A stretch of 64,000 bases of DNA from Kiritimatiellia bacterium (lineage in GTDB: Bacteria; Verrucomicrobiota; Kiritimatiellia; RFP12; UBA1067): the NCBI GenBank assembly GCA_050949565.1, contig JBMNFY010000010.1, positions 192,001-256,000 of the forward strand, read 5' to 3'. Under the pieces are notes generated by a model, which saw only the letters and a program-made list of their open reading frames with translations, did no database searches and was not told the origin of the DNA. A program made the position numbers and the translations under genes. Position 1 is the stretch's first letter. The number at the start of each line of letters is the position of its first letter. Positions 19,905-29,906 of the stretch are shown one piece after another.

Positions 19905-22334
19905 ATGAGACGGTTGAACGTGTTGGGATGTCTGGTGGTTGCAGGGATGCTGATGGGGGCGCGGGCGCAGGAACTGCCCCGGCCGCCGGAGGGCGGGCGG
20001 GTGTTCCCGGAGTGGCAGGCGTTGCGCGATGATGCCGGAGTGCGGAAAACGCTGTTGCCGATGGCGGGCACGCCGCAGGCGACGTGGGACGCGGCGGGCT
20101 ATGTGCGGCTGCCGGTCAACTTTAAGGGCATGCGCCATGCGCGGGTCAATTGGGACGTCAGGACCAAAGTCGATTTGCGCGGCAGCCGCGGCATTCAGTT
20201 CGATTTCTATTGCCGTGAGTTGGAGCCGTTCACCTCGTTCAGTGTCTATTTCCGTAGCGGCGACGGCTGGTATCACGCCTCGTTCTGTCCGGATCGCGCC
20301 GGCGTGTGGCAGCGGATTGAGATCGACAAGGCCGACACGCGCGTCGAAGGAAAGCCTGCGGGGTGGGGGCAGGTTGATGCGATCCGCGTATCAGGCTGGC
20401 GCGGGCGCGATCTGGATACGCTGTGCGCGATGGCGAATCTGGGCTTTGCCGGCGGAACGCCGCAAGTGCTGGTGGTGCGGGCCGATTCGAACGTTGCCGG
20501 TAGCGGCGGGGAAGGCAAGTCGTTCAGCCGTTACGCCTGGACGGTATCCTCAACCTTTGACCGATTGGGCATCGATTCGGTGCAGGTAGCCGATACTGAT
20601 TTGGCACCGGATCTGTTCGAGGGGATCAAGCTGGTGGTGCTGCCCTACAACCCGCGCATACCCGCAACGGCGGTGGAGCATCTTCGCGCTTATGTGGCGG
20701 GCGGCGGTAAGCTGCTGGTTTGCTATTCTCTGCCTGCGGAGATCGGCAAATTGCTGGGGTTGCGTGCGACGGGTAGCGTGGTGGCGGAGCCGACGTATTT
20801 TATGGGTTTCGCGCGCACCGCGCAGGGACTGCCGGCGCAACCTGACTTCGTTAAGCAGGCATCGTGGCGCACCACGCTGGCCGCCCCGCTGGAGGGGCAG
20901 TCGGCGCGCGTGCTGGCGGTCTGGCGCGACGGTCAGGGGAACGATACGCCGCATCCGGCGCTGACGCTGACGCCGGCGGGAGCCTTTATGGGCCATGTGT
21001 GGTTTGGCGGCGGCGTCGAAGGGCTGGCGCTGATGCGTGCGGTGGCGGGCGAAATAGTGCCGGATATCTGGCAGAAATCGGCGGAACAGGCGTTGGCGCG
21101 GATTGGCACTATCGGTGGCGCGGCGGATTTCGCGGCCTTTTGCGCTGCGGTCGAGGCGATGCGTCCGTCGCAGGCGGCGCGTGACGCGTTGGCTAAGTCC
21201 GTTGCGGCGCGCGATGAGGCGGCCAAGCATTTGGCGGCGAAGCGCTGGCACGAAAGTCTGAAGGCCAACGGCGAGGCGGACGACGCGGCGCGGCGTGCTT
21301 GGTTTCTGACGCGCAAGTCGCGTCCGGGCGAACACCGCGCTTTCTGGTGTCATAGTGCGTTCGGGCTGCCCGGCAAGAATTGGGATGAGTCCATCCGCTT
21401 TTTGAAAGAGCACGGCTTTACCGCTATTCAGCCCAATATGCTGTGGGGCGGGACAGCCTACTATCCGTCGAAGGTGCTGCCGGTCTACGAGGGACTGGCG
21501 GAGCGCGGCGATCAGGTTGAGCAGTGCGTGGCGGCGTGCCGCAAATACGGCGTGGCCTGTCATGTATGGAAGGTCAACTGGAACATGTCGAACAAGGCGC
21601 CCAAAGCGTTTGTCAAGCGCATGGTGCGCGAGGGCCGTGTGCAGAAGCTCTTCAGCGGCGAAGTCCAAGATAGTTGGTTGTGTCCCTCGCATCCGGCGAA
21701 TCAGGATCTTGAGGTCGCTTCAATGGTGGAACTGGTCCGCATGTACAAGGTGGACGGCGTCCATTTTGACTACATCCGCTACCCGGACGGCAACTCCTGT
21801 TTTTGTGATGGATGCCGGACCCGCTTTGAGGCCAAGCTCGGTCGGCGTGTGGCGCAGTGGCCGCAGGATACGCGCAGGGATGAGGAGGTCCGGTCGGCGT
21901 GGCTGGCGTTCAGGCGCGCCGGCATTGATACGGTGGTGCGGCGCGTCGCTCAGGAGGCGCGCGCGATCCGCCCCTCCGTGCAGATCTCTGCGGCGGTGTT
22001 CCGCAACTGGCCGCTTGACCGCGATAACGTTGGTCAGGATTGGGGCATGTGGTGCGAGCAGGGGTGGCTGGATTTCGTCTGTCCCATGGACTACGTCGAC
22101 TCGAACGTTGCGTTCCGTAATATGGTCAGCACACAGAAAACTTTCGCAGGCAAGGTGCGTCTCTATCCGGGCATCGGTCTTTCCTGCTGGAAGAATCCGC
22201 AAGATGCGGTGAAACTCGCCGAGCAGATCGAGGTTACACGGGAACTGGGCCTGTCCGGGTTCACGGTTTTCAACTACGACGCGAACGCAGAGGCGGTTCT
22301 GCCGTGGGTGCGTCTTGGCACTACGGCGGATTAG
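19905..22334 (+). CDS. Secreted glycoside hydrolase family 10-like (DUF187/GHL10) protein
   Basis: Signal peptide after AGGAGG RBS; EHRAFW, WLCPSHP, VDGVHFDYIRYP, GQDW...LDFVCPMDY. Confidence 0.85.
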   Translation: MRRLNVLGCLVVAGMLMGARAQELPRPPEGGRVFPEWQALRDDAGVRKTLLPMAGTPQATWDAAGYVRLPVNFKGMRHARVNWDVRTKVDLRGSRGIQFDFYCRELEPFTSFSVYFRSGDGWYHASFCPDRAGVWQRIEIDKADTRVEGKPAGWGQVDAIRVSGWRGRDLDTLCAMANLGFAGGTPQVLVVRADSNVAGSGGEGKSFSRYAWTVSSTFDRLGIDSVQVADTDLAPDLFEGIKLVVLPYNPRIPATAVEHLRAYVAGGGKLLVCYSLPAEIGKLLGLRATGSVVAEPTYFMGFARTAQGLPAQPDFVKQASWRTTLAAPLEGQSARVLAVWRDGQGNDTPHPALTLTPAGAFMGHVWFGGGVEGLALMRAVAGEIVPDIWQKSAEQALARIGTIGGAADFAAFCAAVEAMRPSQAARDALAKSVAARDEAAKHLAAKRWHESLKANGEADDAARRAWFLTRKSRPGEHRAFWCHSAFGLPGKNWDESIRFLKEHGFTAIQPNMLWGGTAYYPSKVLPVYEGLAERGDQVEQCVAACRKYGVACHVWKVNWNMSNKAPKAFVKRMVREGRVQKLFSGEVQDSWLCPSHPANQDLEVASMVELVRMYKVDGVHFDYIRYPDGNSCFCDGCRTRFEAKLGRRVAQWPQDTRRDEEVRSAWLAFRRAGIDTVVRRVAQEARAIRPSVQISAAVFRNWPLDRDNVGQDWGMWCEQGWLDFVCPMDYVDSNVAFRNMVSTQKTFAGKVRLYPGIGLSCWKNPQDAVKLAEQIEVTRELGLSGFTVFNYDANAEAVLPWVRLGTTAD

Positions 22335-22363
22335 GGCTTTGTCGGCCGATAAAACACAGAGGG

Positions 22364-22411
22364 GTGGCACGGCATCTTGCCCGTGTTTCATGGGCGGGAC
22401 GCCCATGCCAC
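22364..22411. repeat. REP doublet (REPIN)
   Basis: GTGGCACGGCATCTTGCCCGTG-TTT-CATGGGCGGGACGCCCATGCCAC. Confidence 0.88.
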
Positions 22412-22533
22412 GCCGCTTTTTGAGCAGGAGTGCAGTGACAAGGCGGCGCGTAAAAGCGGTGCCGTGATCCGCGCGTAGCGCGGCCCTTGTCACCGCACCT
22501 ATTACCTCTTACCTATTACCTATTACTTCCGCC

Positions 22534-22695
22534 TTATTCGACCGGCGAGAACTCATCTTTGCCGACGCCGCACTCGGGGCAGATCCAGTCGCCCGGGATG
22601 TCCTCAAAGGGCGTGCCGGGCGCGACGCCGTTGGAGGGATCGCCGGTCTCAGGGTCGTACACATAACCGCACACATTGCACACGTATTTCTGCAT
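22534..22695 (-). CDS. Rubredoxin
   Basis: [15 protein letters not shown]...[10 protein letters not shown], two CxxC motifs, 53 aa. Confidence 0.95.
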   Translation of the reverse strand: MQKYVCNVCGYVYDPETGDPSNGVAPGTPFEDIPGDWICPECGVGKDEFSPVE

Positions 22696-22799
22696 AGAAA
22701 AATTCCTTTCTTTGTGGCCCCTAAGTAAACTCGGTTTGCGGAAAACAGTCAACCGTTATTTCTGTCATTCCGTGTTCAACTCGCGAGGTGCGCATGTCG

Positions 22800-24108
22800 C
22801 GCGCGCGACCGGCCAGCGCAACACCTAAAGTTTTGAAAGCGGCCACGCGTTGAAGTACACTTCCTTCATGCGGTAAACAGGAAGGAGACAAAAGTGTCTT
22901 ACGAACGCGTGACCGAGGGAGAGCGTAACCAGATTTACGCTTTGAGGCAAGCCGGAAAAGGCATCAACGAGATAGCGCGGCAACTGGGTCGCCACAAGAG
23001 CACGGTGAGCCGCGAAGTGAAGCGAAACGCCGGGCAGCGGGGCTACCGGCCCCGCCAGGCGCACCGGAAGGCCGTGGAGCGGGCGAAGCGTCCCGGTCCG
23101 AGGCGGTTCACTGAAGAGGTTCGGCGCTACGCGGAGGAGAAGCTCCGGCTGGGGTGGTCTCCCGAGGCGATCTGCGGGCGGGCCGGGTTGGAGGGCCGCG
23201 CGCACGTGTGCAAGGAGACGATCTACAAGCACGTGTACGCAGACGCGAAGGCGGGCGGCGACCTTTGGACGCATCTGGCGCGCGCGAAGCGCAGGCGCAA
23301 GCGGCGCTGCCCCCGCCAGGAGGGGCGCGGGCGGGGCGTAATTCCCGGCCGGCGCGGGATCGAGACGCGGCCGCCGGAAGTCGGGCTGCGTGTCGTGCCG
23401 GGGCACTGGGAGGGCGACCTCGTGGCCGGCGCGGCCGGGACGGGCTATCTCGTGACACTGGTGGAGCGGGTGACCCGGTTCGCACTGGTGGGGTGGGTGC
23501 CGACCAAGGAGGCGGACGTGGTCACCGCCGAGATCATCCGGCTGTTCAGAGAGATCGGCGTGATCTGCACAGGGATCACGTTCGACAACGGCAAGGAGTT
23601 CGCCGGCCACGCCGAGATATCCTGTGCCCTGGAGTTGAGGGACGGCGTGTTCTTCGCCACCCCGTACCACTCCTGGGAGCGGGGGACGAACGAGAACACG
23701 AACGGGCTGATCCGGCGCCTGTACCCCAAGAAGTCCTCGTTCGCATCGATCGGCGCGGCGGAGCTCCGGCGGATCGACGAGTTCCTGAACGACCGTCCGA
23801 AGAAGTGTCTCGGCTGGAAGACGCCGAGGGAGGTGATGGGCGCCTTCCTTGCCGCAGCCGTGTGAGCGGCATTCTCCAGCAAAGGGCGAGACCGCATCCC
23901 CTTCCCCGCCCCCTCCGGCGGAATACCGCCGGAGGGGGCGGGGAAGGGCCGGCCTTGCTGTGCCCTTGCGCAGCCCGGCTCCCTGCTCTGAGCCGGTTCA
24001 GCCTTGCCAAGCCCCCTCCCTCATGCCAAAATGACCTTCATTCAGCACCTGAAGGAAGCGCGCGCCCGCCAGCCAGCGGCCAGCGTTGCGCTGGCCGCTG
24101 GCTGGCGG
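22800..24108 (+). mobile_element. IS30-family insertion sequence (ends approximate)
   Basis: Inverted CGGCCAGCGCAAC at ~22810 and GTTGCGCTGGCCG at ~24085 bracket the transposase. Confidence 0.75.
22894..23865 (+). CDS. IS30-family transposase
   Basis: HTH (LGRHKSTVSREVKRN), GHWEGDLV, ITFDNGKEFA, SWERGTNENTNGLIR. Confidence 0.96.
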   Translation: MSYERVTEGERNQIYALRQAGKGINEIARQLGRHKSTVSREVKRNAGQRGYRPRQAHRKAVERAKRPGPRRFTEEVRRYAEEKLRLGWSPEAICGRAGLEGRAHVCKETIYKHVYADAKAGGDLWTHLARAKRRRKRRCPRQEGRGRGVIPGRRGIETRPPEVGLRVVPGHWEGDLVAGAAGTGYLVTLVERVTRFALVGWVPTKEADVVTAEIIRLFREIGVICTGITFDNGKEFAGHAEISCALELRDGVFFATPYHSWERGTNENTNGLIRRLYPKKSSFASIGAAELRRIDEFLNDRPKKCLGWKTPREVMGAFLAAAV

Positions 24109-24185
24109 GTGTGGTTGAGCGGAACGACCGGGCGTGTTATCCTTCTCGGTGCAAGTCACGTTTTTCATTTGTTCGAGAGGGAAAT

Positions 24186-26804
24186 ATGCGGATCAAAAGT
24201 ATTCTGGTTGTTGGGCTGGCGGCGGCTGTTGCGTGTGCGGCGCAGGATAATGGGCGGGCGGGGTGGTTCCCGTTTGTCATTCCGGACTTGGCGGATACGC
24301 ACACTGCCGGCACGCCGATTGACCTCTCGTTTCTCAACGCGGAGCCAGCGGGAGCGCACGGGCATCTGCGTCCGGACGGCGAGCGGATTGTGGATGGCCG
24401 CGGTCGCGAGGTACGATTGTTCGGATCGAATATCTGTGATTACCATCCCATGCCGCCCAAAGAGCAGGCGCCGCGCATGGCACGGCGGCTCCGGGAACTC
24501 GGCTTCAACTTTATCCGCCTGCATTATTTTGATTTTGCCAAAGCGCCGGTCGGTATCTTGAACGAGGATATGCAGACCTTGAACCCTGAAAAGCTCGACC
24601 AGTTTGATTGGCTGATCGCTCAGCTCAAGGAGAATGGCATCTACGTGGACATCAACCTGCACGTCTGCCGTCCCTATCCCGGCCAGCCGAAGGAGGTGCA
24701 CCGTTTCGGCAAGGGCATTGACTTCATCTATGAGCCGTATATCGCGTCGCAACAGCAATACGCGCGCGACTTGATCGGGCATGTCAATCCCTACACCGGA
24801 CTCTCCTACGCGAAAGATCCGGCTGTGGCGGTGATTGAGTTGAATAACGAGAACACCGTCTTTCAGATCGCCTACACGCTGGCGGGACTGCCGGAGCCGT
24901 TTCGTGGCGCGATAACGCGCAAATGGAATGGCTGGCTCGCCAAGAGGTATGGCAACAGCGAGGCCGTGCGTGCCGCGTGGAATGCCGCTGCACAGGCTGA
25001 GAAAGGGCCGGAACTGTTGACAAATGGAAGGTTTCGCGAAGGCACGCGCAACTGGTCGTTTCAGAATGCCGAAGGCGCGAAATCCACAACGAGCGTGGTG
25101 AATGACGCTGCAGATGACGCTCCCGCGCTGCGCTGGGAGGTGACGGCGGGCGGCAGCGAGTCGTGGCATGTGCAGGCCATGGTGCCCGACTTGCCGGTCG
25201 AACACGGCAAAACATACGCGGTCGCCTTCCGGGCGCGTGCGACAGGCGACAAGGCCGTAAAACTGGGTGTGGGCATGATGATGCAGCGGCCTCCGTGGAC
25301 CTCCGCGCACGGCGGGGCGACGATCACGCTCGATAGCACATGGCGCGAGTATGGCGTGACCTGCACGGTCGAGAATCCTAATGCTATTCCGATGCGGCTC
25401 AATTTTGCGGTCGGACGCCAGACCGGTGTGATTGAACTGACCGATGTTTCGGTACGCGAAGGCCGCTATGCAGTGATCGGGCTGCGTGACGGCGAGCGCG
25501 TGGAGGTAGGCAACGTGCCGCTGGTGGCGGACACCGCCTGTCCAGAGCGTTCGGCGGATTTCATGCGTTTTCTGATGGTTGAGGAGGAGGCTTATGTCTC
25601 GGCGATGATGCGCGTGTTGCGCGATGAGTTGGGCGCGCGTGCGATGATCTACTGTACGCAGGCTAATTATGGCGGATTGGCCGGTCTCCGGCGTGAGGCG
25701 CGTCACGGCGACCTGATCGACATGCACTGCTATCCGTGTCATCCTCGTGTCGTAGAGGATGAAGAGGGGAGACGTCGCCACACGGTTCGTAACGAGTCGA
25801 TGGTTGGCGCGGCGTTCGGTCCGCTTGAGGGTACGGCCTTGTGGCGGGTGGCGGGCAAGCCGTTTCTGATGACGGAGTTTGATCTCAATCCACCGAACGA
25901 TCATGCATCGGAGAACTTTTCGTTGCTGGCGTTGCTCGCGGCTTATCAGGGATGGGCAGGGTTCGCGGAGTATTCGTGGTATAACTTCCAAGGTGGCAAG
26001 CAGGGGCACAACCGCATTCAGAGCCACTACGCCACAACCGGGCATGCGGGACAAATGTGCATGGTACCAGCGATGGCACTTCTTTTCAGGCAAGGGCTTG
26101 TCGCCCCAGCGCGCGAGCCACTCACGCTGGATGTGCCCGAGCAGGAGATCGCCGCACGTGTGGCGGACAATGTCTGGAGCGGCATGTCAGGTCTGCTTGA
26201 ACGGGGCAAAGGGAACGTGTCGGATGTGTGGCGTCGCAAGGTGTCATGCCGATTGGTGTCATCAGGCGCGGCGCTCAGCGGTGCGAGCGGATTGGACGGA
26301 CGCTCAATCGTCAGCGACACGGGCGAGATCGAGTTTGACCGACAGGCGGAGGATGCGGTGTCGCTGCGGGTCAATGCCCCGGCCGCGCGTCTGTTGATCG
26401 GCAGGGTCGGCGGCCGGGCGTTTCAACTCGGAGATGTGCGCATGGAGGTCGGCGCCGGCACGCGCAACGGATATGCCAACATCGCACTGGTCGCACTCGA
26501 TGCGCGGCCGGTGACCGAGTCGCAGCGTCTGCTGCTCACAGCCGTGGCGCGTGTGGAGAACGCCGGACAACGCTGGAACGACGCGCGTACCGGCGTGATA
26601 GAGTGGGGGGAGGGGCCGACGGTGGCTGAACCGGTGACGCTGACCGTGACCCTGCCCGGCACGGGATGGCGCGCGACGGCGCTGGACGGCAGCGGGGGGC
26701 GTCAGGCGCAGGTGCCGATGGACGGTGCTGTGTTGAAAACATCGGGGGCGCATGCGACGCTCTGGTATCTGCTCGAACGGGGTGCCCCTAAAAAGAGCCG
26801 GTGA
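24186..26804 (+). CDS. Secreted GH5-like glycoside hydrolase with inserted CBM4/9-type module
   Basis: Signal peptide MRIKSILVVG; GFNFIRLH, GIYVDINLH, VIELNNEN, ELLTNGRF (CBM start), PFLMTEF. Confidence 0.8.
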   Translation: MRIKSILVVGLAAAVACAAQDNGRAGWFPFVIPDLADTHTAGTPIDLSFLNAEPAGAHGHLRPDGERIVDGRGREVRLFGSNICDYHPMPPKEQAPRMARRLRELGFNFIRLHYFDFAKAPVGILNEDMQTLNPEKLDQFDWLIAQLKENGIYVDINLHVCRPYPGQPKEVHRFGKGIDFIYEPYIASQQQYARDLIGHVNPYTGLSYAKDPAVAVIELNNENTVFQIAYTLAGLPEPFRGAITRKWNGWLAKRYGNSEAVRAAWNAAAQAEKGPELLTNGRFREGTRNWSFQNAEGAKSTTSVVNDAADDAPALRWEVTAGGSESWHVQAMVPDLPVEHGKTYAVAFRARATGDKAVKLGVGMMMQRPPWTSAHGGATITLDSTWREYGVTCTVENPNAIPMRLNFAVGRQTGVIELTDVSVREGRYAVIGLRDGERVEVGNVPLVADTACPERSADFMRFLMVEEEAYVSAMMRVLRDELGARAMIYCTQANYGGLAGLRREARHGDLIDMHCYPCHPRVVEDEEGRRRHTVRNESMVGAAFGPLEGTALWRVAGKPFLMTEFDLNPPNDHASENFSLLALLAAYQGWAGFAEYSWYNFQGGKQGHNRIQSHYATTGHAGQMCMVPAMALLFRQGLVAPAREPLTLDVPEQEIAARVADNVWSGMSGLLERGKGNVSDVWRRKVSCRLVSSGAALSGASGLDGRSIVSDTGEIEFDRQAEDAVSLRVNAPAARLLIGRVGGRAFQLGDVRMEVGAGTRNGYANIALVALDARPVTESQRLLLTAVARVENAGQRWNDARTGVIEWGEGPTVAEPVTLTVTLPGTGWRATALDGSGGRQAQVPMDGAVLKTSGAHATLWYLLERGAPKKSR

Positions 26805-26838
26805 ACTTTAAATACCTGTCCCTTAGTTGTCCTGGCCT

Positions 26839-26948
26839 CATGGGCGAGACGCCCATGCCACGGGGTGTGGCACGGGCATCCTGCCCGTGTTTGCCCCATG
26901 GGCGGGACGCCCATGCCACGGGGGTGTGGCACGGGCATCTTGCCCGTG
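26839..26948. repeat. Cluster of four alternating REP units downstream of the MmeI-like gene
   Basis: CATGGGCGAGACGCCCATGCCAC and GTGGCACGGGCATCCTGCCCGTG units, twice each. Confidence 0.9.
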
Positions 26949-28273
26949 TTCTGCGTCATCCCCCGGCACGTTCCAGATTCAACGCCAGAAGCCGTTCGAG
27001 GATCACGTCGTCGGAAAGATCGGCGGGCCAGCCGTAGGCGGCGGCGACGGCGGCATCAAGCCGAGCATGGCAGTCGGCCAGCCATGTCGGACGGGCGTTG
27101 TAGAGCTTTGTAAGGGTGCGCTGCCTGAGTTCTGCGGCTGACGCGCCTTCGGGGTTGAGCCAGCGGTCGCGCTTCACGACAAGGTCACGGGCCGCCTCGG
27201 CGATAGCCTTGGTCTCCACGGGACGCGGAAACGTCTCAAAACTGGTCGTCGGTGTGTAGCGACAACCGCTTGCGGCCTCACGCAACTGCGTTCCTTGGGC
27301 GCGAGCCCACACTTCATGGAAACGGGAATGGAGAATGCCGAAAAAGGCGTCGTCATCACGGGCGAAGACCAGTGTTCCCTGATTACAAAGCACTTCAGGG
27401 GAGACCCAAACAAACAGACGGTGTTTTGATACTCCAGGCGTAGCGATATAGCGCCGCTTGCCTCGCAAGGCGGTACGCATTTCAGGCCGGGGTCTGGCAT
27501 ACTGCCACCACATGCCCCGGTAATCGTCGCGCCGCGTCTCGCGCACAGGCAGAACATTCGCTTTCACGTATTCAAACGGTTTTTCATACTGGGCGGCTTC
27601 CCCTATCGGCATCACTCCAAAGTCAATGGTCCACATTCCGCGCGAGCCTTGGGCTATATCGACCGCACTCACGACCGGGCGCACAACGTCGGCGTTGGGA
27701 CGGCCGTTGGGGTTTCCCTTGTCGGCGAGCATCACTGCGGCGGTTTCAGCATCAATATCAAAGGGCGCTTTGGGTGATGGCCCCATGAAACAGATTCCCC
27801 GATTCTCGGCGAGAATAGCTGCCGTTGTGATGTCGGCGCATGAGGTGAGATTGGCGTTGATCGTGGCGACCAGGTTGCCGTCGAGAATGCGGGACTGCTC
27901 CTCGCCGTCGTCGAAACCGACCATGCTGACGTGGACATTCGCGCCGTCGAGAATCCAGGGGCGGTCGCTCTCGGCCCAGAAGATGTCGCCGGATTCCTTG
28001 ATGCGCTTGAGCACCTCGCGGTTGGCGCCGCCGCGGATGCCCTGGGTGGCGAGTAGTCCGGCGCGCCTGCATTTGCCGACGGCGATGTGGGCACGGGCCT
28101 TCTCGAACCAGTAGCAGCAGAGATCGGCAAACGCCGGCACACGGCCTTCATAAAGAGCGAACAGCTGCTCGACGTAATCGCTCCCAAGCTCCTGCCGGAT
28201 ACGGTTCCCGCCCAGAAACGGCGGGTTGCCGATGATGAAGTCCACGGCGGGCCATTCAGGTTCGCGCACGTTT

Positions 28274-28376
28274 GTGGCACGGGCATCTTGCCCGTGGGGT
28301 GCTGTACTTGTGGCATGGGCATCCTGCCCATGTTGGCTCACGGGCGGGACGCCCGTGCCACGTCCGCCCGTGCCAC
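28274..28376. repeat. REP array 3' of the RAYT domain, translated in frame
   Basis: Encodes RGTGVPPVSQHGQDAHAT...HGQDARAT before EPEWP. Confidence 0.9.
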
Positions 28377-28407
28377 ACTGAACGCTTATGCCACACGCGA
28401 CGCCCAT

Positions 28408-29001
28408 CCATTTCCAGTCTGCCAGTCCTGCTTGTGCTGGATTCTTCAGCACGTACTCCACTTGCTTGCGAAAATCTTTTTCATCTCGGATGAGATGGTC
28501 ATAATATTCGGCCTGTCAGAATTCGCCGCTCCGGTTCAGGATTTCGTTCGCCTTCTTGGCCGTGAACGATTTCCACGAGTGCAGGATGTCTGCCACGTTG
28601 TGCCCTGCGGCGGGGCGTAGAACGGCATGCACGTGATTGGGCATCACGCACCAAGCCAGCAAGGTGTAGCGGGGGCCGTCGAAATGGGCGAGGGCGTCGC
28701 GCACGATGCTGGCGATGCGCTCGTCCTTGAGCCAACATGCGCCATAGCCGCTGTCCAGCCACTTCTCCACCTTTTCCGCATACAACACCGCCAGACGTTG
28801 GCGCTCAGACTCGGAAAGGTCGCGTCCCGCTTGGGACGCGGTCTTGACAATGTCCTCTCGCTCCATGATCCACTGCCGCAACACCTCTGACGGCAGAGAA
28901 TCACACAGCCGGAAGACAACGACATAGGTGGCGTTCTCCTGTGTCCAGTGCGGCAGATAGGCACCGTGACGTATATCCACGCGGGCAAAGGGGTTCAGCA
29001 T
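28408..29001 (-). mobile_element. REP-associated tyrosine transposase (RAYT, Y1 HUH) domain embedded in the methyltransferase
   Basis: YLPHW...YVVVFRL, AWCVMPNHVH (HUH), SWKSFTA, F*QAEYYDHLIRD, EYVLKNP (catalytic Tyr region); no stop codon at its own end. Confidence 0.9.
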
Positions 29002-29002
29002 C

Positions 29003-29291
29003 GTGGCACGGGCGATGTTTGTGGCATGGGCATCCTGCCCATGTTGGCTCACGGGCGAGACGCCCGTGCCACCCGCCGTATTCGTGGCATGGGCATCCTG
29101 CCCATGTTGGACCACGGGCGGGACGCCCGTGCCACCCGCCGTATTCGTGGCATGGGCATCCTGCCCATGTTGGCTCACGGGCGAGACGCCCGTGCCACCC
29201 GCCGTATTCGTGGCATGGGCATCTTGCCCATGATGGCCCACGGGCGAGACGCCCGTGCCACGTTCGCCCGTGCCACGTTCGTCCGCGCCAC
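29003..29291. repeat. In-frame REP array: 4 x 63-bp doublets (29021, 29084, 29147, 29210) plus half-REPs
   Basis: 21-aa repeat GTGVSPVSQHGQDAHATNTAG in the translation. Confidence 0.95.
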
Positions 29292-29695
29292 AGTCGATGA
29301 TCGCGCTCATCAGCCGGATGTTGTCAGAGAGGGGGCGCAGGATCGGATCGGCGGGGAAGCCGAAACCGTTGACGCGGATCCACTGCAGCCAGCCGATCCA
29401 GACGGTCATCTGGGCGAGGCCGTGCGCGTAGGGGTTGATCTCGATGCCGTAGAGCTGCCACGGGCCGACACCGGGCAGGTAGGTGTTCAGGCCGTGTGCG
29501 CTGGGGAAGATGACGGCGGCTTCGAGTTCGAGGTCTTTCAGTCGCAGAAGGGCGACGTAGAGGAAGTTGCCGGAGCCGCAGGCGGGGTCGAGAATCTTCA
29601 CTTCGCGCAGCCGTATCAGGAATTGGTGCAGGATGCTGTCGGCTTCGATCCGCGCCTTTTTAAGGGCGGCGGCACTCAATGGTTTGCGATTAGAT

Positions 29696-29906
29696 GTGGC
29701 GCGGACAATGTTCGTGGCATGGGCATCTTGCCCATGATGGACCACGGGCGAGACGCCCGTGGCACCCGCAGCATTCGTGGCATGGGCATCTTGCCCATGA
29801 TGGACCACGGGCGAGACGCCCGTGGCACCCGCAGCATTCGTGGCATGGGCATCCTGCCCATGTTGAACCACGGGCGGGACGCCCGTGCCACGTTCGCCCG
29901 CGCCAC
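29696..29906. repeat. In-frame REP array: 3 x 63-bp doublets (29714, 29777, 29840) plus half-REPs
   Basis: 21-aa repeat ATGVSPVVHHGQDAHATNAAG in the translation. Confidence 0.95.

Noticed and set aside
23154-24185. 1216-aa ORF as a transposase-glycosidase fusion
   Set aside because: The N-terminal part is an alternative frame of IS30; the real start with RBS and signal peptide is 24186.
28516-28518. UGA recoding (genetic code 4/25 or selenocysteine)
   Set aside because: Ordinary genes here end in TGA (e.g. 44180, 46795), and the position corresponds to Trp rather than Cys. A point mutation is simpler.
28265-29291. Intein in the methyltransferase
   Set aside because: The insert starts near a Cys but has no Hint blocks and no His-Asn terminus; its flanks are REP-derived.
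29003-29906. CRISPR-like 63-bp arrays
   Set aside because: Spacers are near-identical and the units are REP doublets within a coding frame.
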